Positions 1 through 13,900 of a DNA stretch of 64,000 bases are shown here, in pieces. The position numbers and the translations under genes are program-made. Position 1 is the first letter of the stretch; the number at the start of each line of letters is the position of its first letter. Below the pieces are notes generated by a model that saw nothing but the letters and a program-made list of their open reading frames with translations, was not told the origin of the DNA and did no database searches. The stretch is from Dimorphilus gyrociliatus (Eukaryota > Animalia > Annelida), in the NCBI GenBank assembly GCA_904063045.1, contig CAJFCJ010000008.1, positions 930,001 to 994,000 of the forward strand. Direction: 5' to 3'.

Positions 1-1087
1 ATTTACCAGTTGTCAGTTGCCAACGGTATATTTTACATTTTGAAAATTCGCGCCACAAATACAAAAAGATTCTTTTGAATAAAGTTTTCCTATTAATCAA
101 TATTAAACATGTTTAGAGTCGTACTTGATCTTCCTGAAAAAGAGAGAATAACACGATAAATATATTTATATTGATATGAGTTATTTAATTATTGAGAGCT
201 GCAATGCTTTTATACCTTTCGCGGAGCAATTCAGGCAAAAAATAATAATTACCATAGTTGCTTTCCAGTGGATTCTTTGATGATAGCAGATTATAGTATG
301 AATTAACTGAATGGAAAATATTGAAGTGTTATGGAATATGGAATATGAAATATTGATCAAATAGAGAGATACAATAGTCAAAATAATATCTTTTAGACAC
401 TTAATATCTTAAATTCTTGTTTAAATTAGTTTTAAGACTCCTGAATGGCTGATTAAAGCTAATCCAGTATTATTTACAGTCTTGCAGTTACAGTATGAAA
501 TATCTACTTAAAAAACTGTTATTCATTCAAATAGTAGACTATAAACACAACAATTTTAGTATTTACTAACGTGTCTTACTCAAAATCCAAAAGATTTTCA
601 TAATTTGCCTTTCTATTTTCATCCAAATTTTCGACAGCTTAGCACAAACGTTTAAGTAAACTTTAAGCCGATAAGAGCTAGATTAAAGAACGTATACGTA
701 GCCGTCTAAACTTGCCCAAGTTCACACTGAGTTTTCTTCCTCTATTTTTTTTTTTAAAAAAAAAAGTATAAAATTTTTATTTGAGTGCAAAATTTCTTTT
801 ATTGTTTTATAGTAAAAAGATAAATATATATATATATAAGTTTCTATAGCAAATAAATTCTACTTTGGCCGACAGCACAAAAAAGGTGTAAAAAAAAACA
901 AAACAAAGGTAAAAAGGATAAACTCTTGATTATCAACACGCCAAAAAATTGATTTTCATTGAGCAGTCAGCTTTTTTCAACATTCTTTATATATCTTCAC
1001 TTCAGAATCCGATGGCATGCAGAGATAAGACTTTGGCTTTAAATTGTTTATAATTAATTAATTAATTAATCAATCTAATTAATTTAA

Positions 1088-3645
1088 TTAAAAAACTTTT
1101 CCTACTTTATTAAAAGAATATTTATCGCCTTTTAAACTTGATAGTTCATTTTTCAATGAATAAATCTGATCTTGTAATCTTTGCTTATCATTTTGCCAAT
1201 GTGAGGATTCTTGTAAAATTTGCTTTTCCATGTTCGAACGAAAATCATCGTGAAATTTTTGAGCTACAATCTCATTTTGATGTTGATTTATCATTGGAGG
1301 CTGATAGGGTAATTGAGACTTTTCCAGTTGCCTAGGTGATTTTGATAATGTCTGTTGTAATTTATTTATTTGATCAACGTGTTCGGCAATTAATCTTTCT
1401 TTTAAAGCATCGAGAGCAATCATCTGTAAAAAGTGAAGTTTTATAAAAACTGCAAAGAATGTTCAACTCTAACCTTATCCTTATGGAATGATTCTCTTAT
1501 CTTGTCGATTTCACCGCCTCTCTTCCTTTCGTATTGTATAACTAATTGTTTTACATTCTTTAAATCGGATTTAATTGCATTATAAGAACGTTTTAATTCC
1601 ACCATTATACTACGTAAATAGCTGAGAGATGATCCAAAGCTGTTCTTTCTATTTTGTGATCCATTTTCATTAACAGGGATTTGAATAGCAAAGTTTTCAA
1701 TAATTTTTCTGCATTCATCATGCATTTGAGACGTGATATGCTTTTCGAATCTATCGTATTTTCCTATAGCTTCCCTCTCCCTTAAGAGAGCGTCATTTCT
1801 CTCCCGTCTGAGATTGGATAGCTGAATTTCGACATTTTGTAGGAGACGCTGCTGCTTATCGCAGTCCAGTAAAGTCTGATTTTCAGCGCAATTTTTTATT
1901 TGATTAACTTCTTTATGCTTTTTAACTGTTAATTCGTGACGAAGTTCGGCTAAAGCGGACTGTTTTGAGTAGATAGTGTCGTCTAATAGGCTTTGTAGCT
2001 TGTCTAACTCTTGATGAAGACGTTCAATTTCGTCGCTTTGACGCTCGGTTATTGCTCTCTCTCTATGGAGTTCATCTTTGGTTGTGTTAAGAGCCATATT
2101 CAATTCCGAACGAAGGTTATTAATATCGATTTCATGGCTTCGTTTCTTTTCCAATTTCCATTGTTTAAATTCATTAATTACGTTTAAACGACACTCTTCC
2201 TCCTTTAGTTCCATTCTATTTTGCAATTCATTTATTAAATCATTCGATTCGTCCAATTTTCCTTTTAGCATTTGATTTTGTTCAATTTTAGCCTCAATTT
2301 GAGATTGTAAAAGAGAAACTGTCTGCTTATGAGCTTCTTGCGTTTGTTGAAATTGGTCATTAAGAGCCGTAAAACTCTTTTGTCTCTCTTCCTCTAACAA
2401 ATCCCTTTCTGCCTTCATAATCCTTTGACTTTCGCTTAGAGATTCATTTAATGCTTTTTGCGCATCTTCAGCTAAAACAGCCAACTTTCTATCATTACAA
2501 TTTGCATCCTTTTCCAATTCTCTTAATTTTAATTTTAAGCGTTCATTCTCTCTACACTGTTCGGCAAGTTCGGATTTAGTTTTAGCTTGTTCATCGATTA
2601 TCTCGCTTAATTGACGTCTAACTTGATTAGTCTCTGCTTCGGCCATCATCTTTATATCAGATATTTGCGAGTGAAGATTCTCTTTAAAATCATTAGTTTG
2701 TACCGATTTCTTAGTCATAATATCTAAATTCGATTCCTCAAGCTTTCTATATTTTAATTGAAGATTATAATATTTCTTTTGAATACTATTGAAATCTTTG
2801 CTAATTTCTTCGTACTTCTTTTCGGATCTAGATAATTGATGATTTAAATCATCGTTCATACTCTTCCATTTCCTTTTCTCGTCTAAAGTTTCATTACTTA
2901 AATTATTTAATTGCTTCTTAAACTCATCCTTCTCGCAAGCAACCGAATCCAATTGGTCATTTAAAGATTTCTCGAGGGCACAGAATTTTGTCATCCATGA
3001 TTTTCTTTCACTTTCGACAGCTTCTTCAATAGATTTATTGATTCTCGTATTCTCCACCTTAACATCGTCAATTTCTCTTCTACTTTCCAGAATTTGTCTA
3101 CTAAGTGCCTCGTATTCTTTAATTGTCGCATCTCTTTTAAATTCCGCCAATAGTTGTTCAGCTTTTACCTTTTCTAACAGATTACGACATTGTTTAAGCT
3201 CCATTTGGGTCTTACGTAAAATTTTTTTGTAATTTGTTAAGTCTCCGTGGAGTAAGGACACATCTGTACTATTTATCGTATCCGCACTTATAGTTGATAC
3301 CTTAGAACTAATGGAATTCTCCCTTTTCGAAGATCTTCTAATCGTAGGTTTAGTGCGGCTAGGCATTATAGGCTTACCGTACTTTTCCAAAACTGAATCT
3401 CTTTTATTAGAACCATTTAAAGGTCGGCATTCGTTTTCCACAATTGTTTGAAAGCACTTTTCGAAATCCTCTGTTTTAATTGAATCCGTTTCCAATCGAT
3501 TTTCATCGTCAACATCCCGATCCCGTGGGGTGTACATCTCGAATTTACATTCATTGTCCGTTGTAACTTCCGAATAAAAACTAGGAGCAGCGTAAGACTC
3601 ATAGTCCCTAAATTCCGACAAATCAGTACCCTCGGAACAATCCAT
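1088..3645 (-). CDS. Uncharacterised long coiled-coil protein (>830 aa); 3' end uncertain (possible small terminal exon from 1036 to about 1000)
   Basis: 734-codon ORF rich in E/K/L/Q/R after a Ser-rich N-terminus. A 50-nt GT-AG intron (1473-1424) joins it in phase 0 to the 1423-1088 ORF. No family recognised. Confidence 0.8.
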
Positions 3646-4175
3646 TTAGCAATGTCTATATTTAATAAAGGCCGGATTCTATATGCACAAACTATTTCTT
3701 CAATCACTTCGCCATCATGAACACGTTCGAACGCGTCAATTATCGATTATATTATTTCTTTTTGGCTGTTTCTTTTTTTGTAATGTAGCAAAAAACAGGC
3801 ACCTTCTTGGCGCCACTATCGATTTACAATAGTTACTAAGCACCCAAAGACCCAAAACATTTAAGGATTATTATTCTCTTAAAATATCTCCAAATAGCCC
3901 TATAGGCTATTTATACAATAAATTGTCTCTTTTGGTTATATACTGTTCTTGTAAAAATACAAATATTACTTTAAGATTGTCATTGAAACACTATTAATAC
4001 TATAATAAAACAATTGATTAACAATGACATTCAAATAAGTTCTTTTCAATCCCATAAACTTTTCTTTTCGCTCTCTCTCTCTAACACGTATACACACACA
4101 TACTGTATTCATATATATATATATATACAGCCCCATTGACCAGAACCGATTATACGACACCTGTGTATAGTAGTA

Positions 4176-4199
4176 TCACGTGATCAGTTGGCGGGAAAA
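4176..4199. promoter_or_regulatory. E-box (TCACGTGA, 4176-4183) next to an E2F-type site (TTGGCGGGAAAA, 4188-4199)
   Basis: Motifs read directly, about 540 nt upstream of the coiled-coil gene ATG. Function is inferred. Confidence 0.35.
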
Positions 4200-4640
4200 A
4201 TACACTTTAACAATGTATTCATCCTTAACGAGATAGTAATTAATAAAGCTTTTAAAATGGACATATATAATCATCTACAACCAGATAGGAATCTGAAGTA
4301 TTTCTTTAGCTAAGTGAGCGAATGAGAGTTTCTTTTAATAGAAGTGGATGAAGAGGAAAAAGGGGAAAATAAATCATTTAAACTACTTTGTTCCTTGAAA
4401 AGAAAACCTATTTACTATTTGGTATTATCTCCTCGATATTTTATAGCCTTAAAATGATGATATATATATATTGTATGTAAAATAGGATAACTATGGTATT
4501 ATATAACAAAAAAAAGGATAAAGAAAAATTTGATAATATTTACTTAAAAGAATAAAAGGCCAATGAAAAAAAATATTCAAAGTAATCAATTAAATAAAAG
4601 ACATTTGATATGTTTTAAATAGTTTGTTGTTTTTCTCTTT

Positions 4641-4684
<44 letters not shown>
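4641..4684. repeat. Compound (TC)n-(TATC)n microsatellite
   Basis: Seen directly. Confidence 0.9.
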
Positions 4685-6100
4685 GCTCATTCTCTCTTTT
4701 TTAACATGAAAGAAATGGTACACATAGGACTATTTTTAGTTTGTTTTCTTTACTTAATTATTTATAGGAATTCTAGGAATTTATTTTTTTTTTTTAATAC
4801 GATTGACCGGTTTCGTCCCATTATTAGAACATGACCCACAGATGGCTTCCTTTTTTATTATTAAGTGGCTCCCCCTTAAGTTCAAACAGAAAAAGGCGGA
4901 TTAGATATTAAAAAAAAGAGTCATTTATATCTGTTTATTATTTATTGCATAAACATATAGTATATAGGATTGAAATATTTATATAAATAAATAAGAAAAG
5001 GCTAGGAAAAATGATTGTTATGGAGAAAAATAATTATTTATTATTAATTCCGTGTCAAAAATCTATTATATTCCTCCTTTTTTCGTGAAAAGAAAATGTC
5101 GATATAAAACAGCTTTTTAAGCTTAATAGCTTTATAGAATAATGTGTTAGAAAGGTCGTAAAAAAAGGAAAGTGAAATGAAATTTGCAGAGAATGAAAAG
5201 AAAATGTTAAGAAAGAAATACTTACTCTTAACTTAGTGTAAACTTTCTAAATGGAAGGAAAATAGGATAATTATCGGTTTTGCATAAACTTTTACTATTG
5301 AATTATAACGATAACGAATAACGAGTTATTAATGAAACAATGTAAAAAAACATTGAAAGGAGTCAGTTATTTTTGTAGGATAATTGATCTTTTATGATTG
5401 AAGAATAATAAGAAATAGATAGACATTTCCTTCTTCTCCTTCTTCTTCTTCTTCCTATACTCTTTTTGTTAGACAAAATGAAAAGAAATGTAATTAAAAT
5501 GCTAGTTTTCTTTTAACTAGAGGAAGTATTCATCCTCGGGGCGTTGCGCTTTTATATAAAAGAATGTACATAATCCTCGATCTTCCTCAACAGTCGATAT
5601 CCTTTGCGATGATTCTATTAAGAAATAAATACAAAACAAACATTGCTACCCTACAGAACAATCTTTAGATACACCACTCCATTTGCTTATGTTTGCTAAA
5701 CCCTTCTCATATAATTGAAGCCTAATAAAACATTATGTGTTCAATTACTCTTAGTAATCAGTCAAATAGCGAACGGAAATGGCTAAATGGGATGCTGGGA
5801 TTGAAATTGTATGTTGAGATCGAATTTAGTGAAGGGGAAAGCGTTTTCCTTTTTTTTTACACACGCGATGGACTCATCTGAAATTTGTCATATCGATAAG
5901 TGTTTACTTGACGTGACCCTTGTTTATAGAGAATATTGACGTTTATGATGAGTGAGCATAATAGAACATGTCATATGGTTCGGTGACGTTTTACGACGTT
6001 TACTGTGCTTCAATTTTTATAACAACGAGAAATTAGCATACTTTATAAATATATGCACATCCCTTCTTCTTTTTCTTTTTTGTCTCTCTATCCGTCCCTG

Positions 6101-6103
<3 letters not shown>

Positions 6104-6139
<36 letters not shown>
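6104..6139. repeat. (CT)18 microsatellite
   Basis: Seen directly. Confidence 0.95.
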
Positions 6140-6141
<2 letters not shown>

Positions 6142-7965
6142 CATTACATTTTATTTTATTATAAATTTTCAAAAGCACCTGCCTCTTTCCCCCCTTCCGG
6201 AATTTTTAACTACAAGTGCTTGTACTTGAAACTACAAGGCTTTTCTTTTGTCTTACTTTGTTAAACATTTAAAAAAATTCAATATTCATTTTAAAAAATG
6301 AAAAAGATAATAAATTCGCTCTTTTTTCTCTTTCTAAAGAAAAGTCTGTTTTTAGCGGACCAACTGTCATTTTTACTTATTAAATTCAGATTTACGGTCA
6401 GTGGATACGAAAAGGCGGGTCGGAAGGAGGTCATAATGAGACTTTTTATTAAATCGATGAGTTATAATTATAACCACAATATATGTGATTAACGCCTAAA
6501 TATAAGTTTACGACTTAATATATTGTGCAAGTTTATATAGGTGTGCAGTCAACTTATTCTTTATGAAAGAAAAAGGAGAATCGAATTTAGGTGAAAAATA
6601 GGCATTCCGTTCCATACGAAAACGTCTTTAATAAAGTTTATTATGTTATTCTTAACGATTTTCTTGAATTCGTTAAACATTCTCATATGACAAAACAGCT
6701 TTGGGCGCTGTCAATCAGCGGACCACCCACTACCGATACTATTAAAACATTTAACATCTTCTTAATGGCAATTTCAATGTCACTGTCGCTGTATTATTTT
6801 AACCAATTTCAACTTATTTTGCTTGGCTTGCTGTGTGACGAGTGTATGACGTGATGCTCCTTTTTATTTTCGTGACGTCATGTTGACGAAGAGAATTAGT
6901 ATGGTTAAATTGGAATTTTGAAAGGAATTTCGGCCCATTTCTTTTTACCCCGCCCATCGAGCCGGCTAGGCCTAATTTGGCACACGCAAGATTCCCGAAT
7001 TTGGCGGGTAAAGTGATAAATTCTTTAGGAAATGTCCAATGAAAAAAATGCCCTAAGGGCTTGAAATTTAAGGAGACATCATACTCCTTTTTACAGTCGT
7101 AACTACCGGGGGAAATAGGGAATCGTTTAAACAGCTCAATACAAAGTCGACTGACCACAACTGACCATGGGAAGATTTAAATTGACACTGCGCTGACATC
7201 TTTGTGACGTTCAATTAGAGCATTAAACGGCTACCGCCGATATTCTAGAAGAGAGCATTTCTAATGTAAATCTAAACATAATAATGAGAATAAGACTAGA
7301 TATAATTTTTAATTCGTTTATTTATTCGTACGCATGTAATTGAAAGCCGAAGAGAACATAGAGCTTTTGTCTGCGATCATGGATGGTAAATAAATGAAAA
7401 AGATGTGAATTCACTTAACCCCCTTTCATCCGCCGCCATTTAAACAGGCTTGTAAAGAGATTTGTGTATATTTAGATATTTGTAAAGAATATTTGTCAAT
7501 GAATTGTTCATCTCCTTATTATCGGATTTTTAACAATATATAAATATATTTTCCTTATCTATATACATATATGTTTACAAGTACAAAATATACATTTATG
7601 GAATTTTTCTGTATATCATTATATGAATAAATTAAGTTTATTCTTATTAACTTTTAACATAGTTTCATAATTACAGAATATATTTAAATATGTATTTATA
7701 AATATATATATATATATATATATAGATATATATATATATATACATGTATGTATACTATATATATATATATATATATACTTCCGCATGTATACACATATAA
7801 TTCTTGTTTTAATAAATATAGACTCATAAACATGCATACATGAAGAAAATTCTTAATTCTCTCTCTTTTTAGTAAGAACGTAAGTCTATACGCTTAAACT
7901 TTTTATTGCAAAATGGAAAAAAAAAACGAATAATTGCAGAACAAAACGCTAAATTGTTATTCAAC

Positions 7966-10950
7966 TTATTCAACTTGTACAGTATCCCAATCTTCTTCTG
8001 ATTCTTCGTCGTCATTTTTCATCTTTTCAAAATCATCTTCATCTCTTAGATCGTCGTCCATTTTTATTGAATCACTTGAATTATTATTCCCAGACTTATT
8101 TCCAGCTTCTTCGGCTTTCATTCTCTTATATTTCGTACGCCTATTCTGGAACCATACTTTTACCTGTAAAAGCAATGTTCATAAAAGTATTAATAAGTTT
8201 TTCTATAAAAAAAAAATTTCTTTTTTAAAAGTATTTCCGCTTTTCCTAATGATAATCGCAGAGGGGCGAAGGATGAGGAAAGGGGGGAGGTGAAAATCAA
8301 TGAGAGTATCTACGAAATCTATAAATATACTTGGTAATTATCCTAAAACACGCTCCGGCAACGTAAACAGAATAATAGAAGAGAAAATATGAGAAAATGT
8401 TGCTAAATCAAATATTATTTCGGTGAAAATGAGGTGAACGCGATAGAAATTGGCTACAATAAAACACAGGCACGTTCTTTTTGTGAAAAAAGTCACGCTC
8501 TCCAAATATAACATAAAGCCATCAATGTAATAACTTTCAATATGAATCGTTCGTGTGTAATGAATGTAGATTTATGCATAGCAAATTAATCCTATTCCAT
8601 TTCCTGTAGGGTAGACGTTGAAAGGAGTACGCGGTGGTCAGGCGTTTTCAACTCGTTTACTAATTTCTAGTTGATTAAACATTAATGTCTTTTTCATCAA
8701 TTTCGGGTTATGACTCTGAACTCTACGTTTGACCTCTCTGCGAGAGTTTGTCATATTTTAAAAAGGAAACTAACAAATTAATTAAACAAGAAATGGGCTT
8801 TTAGTGTGTGATTTATGATTTATACAGCTGTTGATTTTTTCGACACCCCCTACTTCGATACGTCCCACACTTCCTATATCTCTTTGTAAATATACTGTAT
8901 ATAGATATTGTACAATATCCTTTTCAAAAGAAGTTTTTTTTTGTATAATATATATTTTCAACAGATTTTCCGACTTTACAAGTCAATATATCGTTAACTT
9001 ACTTATAAATTTTCTGACAGGTGTCAATCACTACGCTTATTTATATTTATTATTTAAAAAAGGACTTTTAGAAGATTATCAAGATTCCTCTATCAAATCT
9101 TGGTAATTCCCTTATTCAAAATTTGTTATCTTTTTTCCATGACATCGCGTACATCACAAGTATAAATTTACATTGAGATTAATTTTTTTATTGATTTGTT
9201 GTTCAAATTCCTTTTAACTATTTAGTTCTGTTGTTATTGACCTAGTTAGAATTTTATATCTTGTCTCCGCCTACTTTAGTTTACATAGATAACATATTTC
9301 TTCTGCGAATGGAGCAAATTACATTAACGTGGAAAAAAATCATTATGTAATTTTTTACTTGTTAGGGGCGTCTCGTTTCGGGTCGACCTGTCCGCTCAAT
9401 GTAAAATAAACCCTCACCACCCACTGAGCTCGTGTACACAAAACAATCTGTTACCAAAGTGCGTAACCCAATACATAAGCGATTATGATACGATAACAAG
9501 ACATAATTTTGTATGATTGATACGGCTTTAAAGGCTTATTATGTTCTCTGTAGTTTTTTTTGATTTTCCCTTATTTACAACGTGTTAAAGATACTATTTC
9601 AATCGGCCTGTCCAAGTTTATTTCAGGTGCCATTAATTTAAATACAATTGATACGTTGGTTTTTATATATTATGTTATTATTAATTTTAAAAAGTGCCTA
9701 CTAAACCAATAAATGCCTCGTTTAAGGGAAATCCATTTAAGAATTAATGGAAAGAGTGTCATGATAAATTTGCATACTAGCAGGCCTCACCCCCAGCAGA
9801 GATGCCACAAACAACAATGACCATTGACAATGAGAGAGCGCTAAGCAATTATTCTTTATTGAAGTCATTATATTAATGACGCCACAATTTCGAGCTATTT
9901 AACTATTTTGCCAGTAAAAACTGGGGTATGTAATGAGCAATTTGTTTCCAAGTAGTAAGCCCCTCACACGTCAAATCAATAGAATATGCGACCTAATTAA
10001 ATTTGTGCGACCAACTGACCTGTGTTTCTGTTAAATTTAGACTGGCGGCTAGTTCTTTTCGTTCCTGTCCAACAACGTAGTGGTTCTTTTCGAAAGCGTG
10101 TTCCAGCTGCATTAAATGCGAAGGACTAAAGGCCGTACGTATTCTTTTTGGCTTTCGGAAAGGTTGTAGTAAGAAGCTAAGATCAGGAGCTAAAGAAAAT
10201 GAAAAAAAAATATAAAGTATAAAAGAATGAAATGAAATGAAAAGTGTCAGCGGACTGACTGAGTGAAAGAAATCAGTCAATATCGATTAACGGGCAATTA
10301 TATCAGTAACAGACTAATATTGGAAAATGAAAAGAACACAAACTGAACGCGTTCGTTTCCTAAGCTTTCATGTTGCAAAGAGTAATATCCGTTATTAAGC
10401 TCTCATACAAATTTCCTTATTTAGTTTAAACGCATGTTATGCTCAATAAGCAGTTCGAACAGCGTTTTAATTTGCGTTCTGTATATATTGATATGCGGTT
10501 TGATCTCTCCAAATGAGTATTTAGATTAAGTAATATATGTTTACCTAGTCTATGAGCAGCTGCAGCGGCGTGAAAAGATGGAGAATATCTAAGTCCACCT
10601 CCCGCCAACCAAGGATAGGACGGTAGAACGCCAGGATGTTGAACGAAATCAGCTCTATTCTGATTCTGGAACATGAGAAATCTTTGAAGGCTGTCGTTTT
10701 GACTAGGATTCAATCCCATAGCTAATCCCGGAGCAAAGGCTGGTCGAAATACATTATTAGGATTTTCAGGTCTATTTAATCTGAGACCAGGTAGTGCCGA
10801 TGATGGTAAGGAAGTTGGTGGATGAGGTGAAGGGGTTGATGACGTGGAACTTTTCTTGTCCTCCTCGCATTCTCTTTCTGACTCTTTACCTATCAAAGAA
10901 TCAATTGAAAATCCGGATTTTCTTTTCGGTAAGCCACTAATCTTCATCAT
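7966..10950 (-). CDS. EMX: Empty spiracles/Emx homeobox transcription factor, 3 exons (10950-10545, 10189-10020, 8163-7966)
   Basis: eh1 motif FSIDSLI. Homeodomain [46 protein letters not shown]|[14 protein letters not shown]. Both GT-AG junctions keep frame (phase 1, phase 0). Confidence 0.97.
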
Positions 10951-13900
10951 ATTCGTGCTAATGAAATTCTAATCCGAAAGAAAACTTTAACAAATTTCTT
11001 GCAGCAACTCGTAGATGTTACATAGGAAAGCTCGTCAAACGGACTGAAATAGATCAGCTCTAAGACTCATTATCATTCATTATTGACCGCTTTATGAATG
11101 CACATTTCACGCAGGCATTTCTAGAGAGCTGATTGGCTGGTAGGCGTGGCTATACAAATAACTTTTGCGCGTAAAGTCCAATATACACTTTTACGCCAGT
11201 TAGTTCGATCTGCCTTATATTTAGACTCCTATAAACGAACCAATCAACGTTCGTTCCGCCCTGAAAGACAGTTATTGCTCCTATAAACTTTTGAATTGCT
11301 CTTTTAACGCGATTTTGCTTTTGTCCTATTAATTTCTATTTTGTAATGATAAAAAGCGTTGGAAGTGAATGCATGAGAAAAGAATTTTAATAGGTGCTAC
11401 TATGAGAATCACTGTAACAATATACAAAACTACGAATGAGTTGAATACTTGATATTCACTTATACTTTATTATGTGTATCGAGTGCTTAACATATAAACT
11501 TTGTATATAATAGTTGATAAAAGAGGAGGAAACCACAAAATTTCGCAACGTTTATATTCAACATACTGCAAATATGTTAATCGTTTTTTATAGAATGTTT
11601 AACTAACTTGGTTCTCTTGACGAGCAACAAACGAACTTATATAGATAAACATCTTACACTGACACTTCAATAGCGAAGTGGTGCTTGGTTCAATCTTCAG
11701 ACACTTGGTTGATATACGTATCATTTAGATTGAAATCATTACGCATTATAGTATGTATGATAAATGATCTTTGGAGTGTTTAGAAAGGGAGAAGAGAAGA
11801 AAAAGAAAAATACTAGTTTACGTTTGTACTGCCCTTTACCACTTGAACGCATCTGCTCTTTTGCCAGTTGGATAAAAAATATGAAAAATCTAGATTATAT
11901 ATAATTTAAAACTCTATTTATTATGTGTATTAATGCATACAAAACAGGTAACAAAGAGGATAAATCATTGATCATTGATAAGAATCTGAAATAAAAATTG
12001 CATTAAACGGCTAAATTGTAGAAAATAATATGGTCCCGAAACCCTTGAGAAAATAAGAAAGGGTAAGCAGGTTACAATTTGCTTGAAATCAGCAAATAAC
12101 AGAGCGCCTTTTGTCGTTACGTCATAGATCAGAATTTGTTTGACACGGGGAATAAAAAGTAATTTCGATTTAGCGTGTACGTTGCAATCACCACCTGCCT
12201 TGCAGAGGATGTAATATCAATAATATGCGCATTTAAGTCGGGAATATATATTATTGTATTATAGGCTTAGTAAAGAAATTCCTTTTACAAGGCTATGATA
12301 AATAGAACTTGTCCACGGGGGATGTTTTTGTAAGAAGCAATACAATAGGAACGTTCTGATAGCTTGGCCTGACGCGCACCAGATAGCACCATCATTATTA
12401 CTTTTATTGTCATTTAATGATAAATATCACCATGACACTGGTCTAATACTCGAAAAAAATGTGTTTCTTTTCTCGGTTAATTACTCGGTAAATAAGGAGG
12501 ATGATTAGTATCTAACTATGAATGGGAAGGGGAGTATGGATAGGATGTTAATTTCATTTTATAGGTGTATGCGCCTTCATATAAACGTGATCGGGTATGC
12601 TGCTTATTGACACACGTGTTTGTATTTTGGGGACATTCATTTCTCACCCCTTTTATGTATGTCACGTGTAAGTAATAAAGAGTTTATTGTTGAACAATTT
12701 TACATATATAACACGAGTCAAAAATATATGGGCATATTGCTTTGTCGTTTGACAGCCTGGCAAACAGGTTGTCAGCAAACACGTTAAAACAATATACAAA
12801 TAACGCAAAGAGTTAGTATCTTGACAAACTTCAATGGAACGCCATGTGTCAGGTAAAAACTGGATACGATCTTTTGATCTTTTTTATTAAGTGTTAATGG
12901 CGGATGGGTTGGATTACTTGGCGAGTGTGTTAAGTCGATAAAATTCAAAAAATTCTAACATATAAATGATTATTTGAATATGTTTATTATCTTTATCATT
13001 ATCTGTAAATAGACAGAAGAATGAAGGTAAATTTAGAAGATAATAAAATACGGAATCCGATCGAGCCGCATTATCGGCGGAAAAACAACATTACACAGCC
13101 GATTCGCAAGGAATTACACACCTCGAGCTTTTGTGAACAATAATTGAGCGAGTGAATGTTTGTGAAAGAGCTTAACCAGAATAGAAGGGTAATTTTAACG
13201 TCTAAGCTGTTCATATTTAGAAATAAGTGGATGGTCACGTTTGCCGAATTAAATAAGAGAGTTTATTGTTAAGTGCGACATCTGTGTAAATATATATTCC
13301 TGTATTGTTTGCTACTTTTCGATATCTAAGAAGCTATATAGAATTGTTAATTGACTTATTTCCTTCTTAATAAATTTTAAATACAACTCCTTATGCTTTT
13401 ATTTATCTTCCATTATATTTGAATATTCATAAAAATTAATTTATTTCCTACAAATGTTCATTTATTCAATTTTATTTTCAATTTTTATGTTTAAATTTCT
13501 ATTGAATAAATATTTAATTAAAACAAAATCACTGTAAAAATTATCAATTTTTTTTAAAAAAAAAAAACTAGATGATGAAAAAAAAATTGCAATCGGTTAA
13601 CAACTGTTTGATATATGAGCGTTAAGTGTCAAGGTTGGTAAAAGGTTATATAGAACGCCCTCTAGACGCTTGAGCAGTGATGTGAATATTGTGATAATGT
13701 ATTGAGTCTGATTTATTATTGTGCATGATTACGGAGGTTGTTAAAAATGTCAGATGAGTGAAGTATGAGTATATTTGACATTAATAACCTGTATATTTAA
13801 GGTCAAATAACGTTAAAGAAGCTCTTCATTTTTCTTAATATATCAAGACGAAAATAGAGACGAAGAGCCGTAAAAAATTGAAACTAATTAAATTATCGTT

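Noticed and set aside
6814-7158. 114-aa ORF downstream of Emx as a protein gene
   Set aside because: No recognisable motif or splice context. A locally higher GC content explains the lack of stops.
12385-12860. Partial matches to miR-29 (TAGCACCAT) and miR-8 (TGTCAGGTAAA)
   Set aside because: Matches are short, do not extend over a full mature sequence and lack a matching precursor hairpin.
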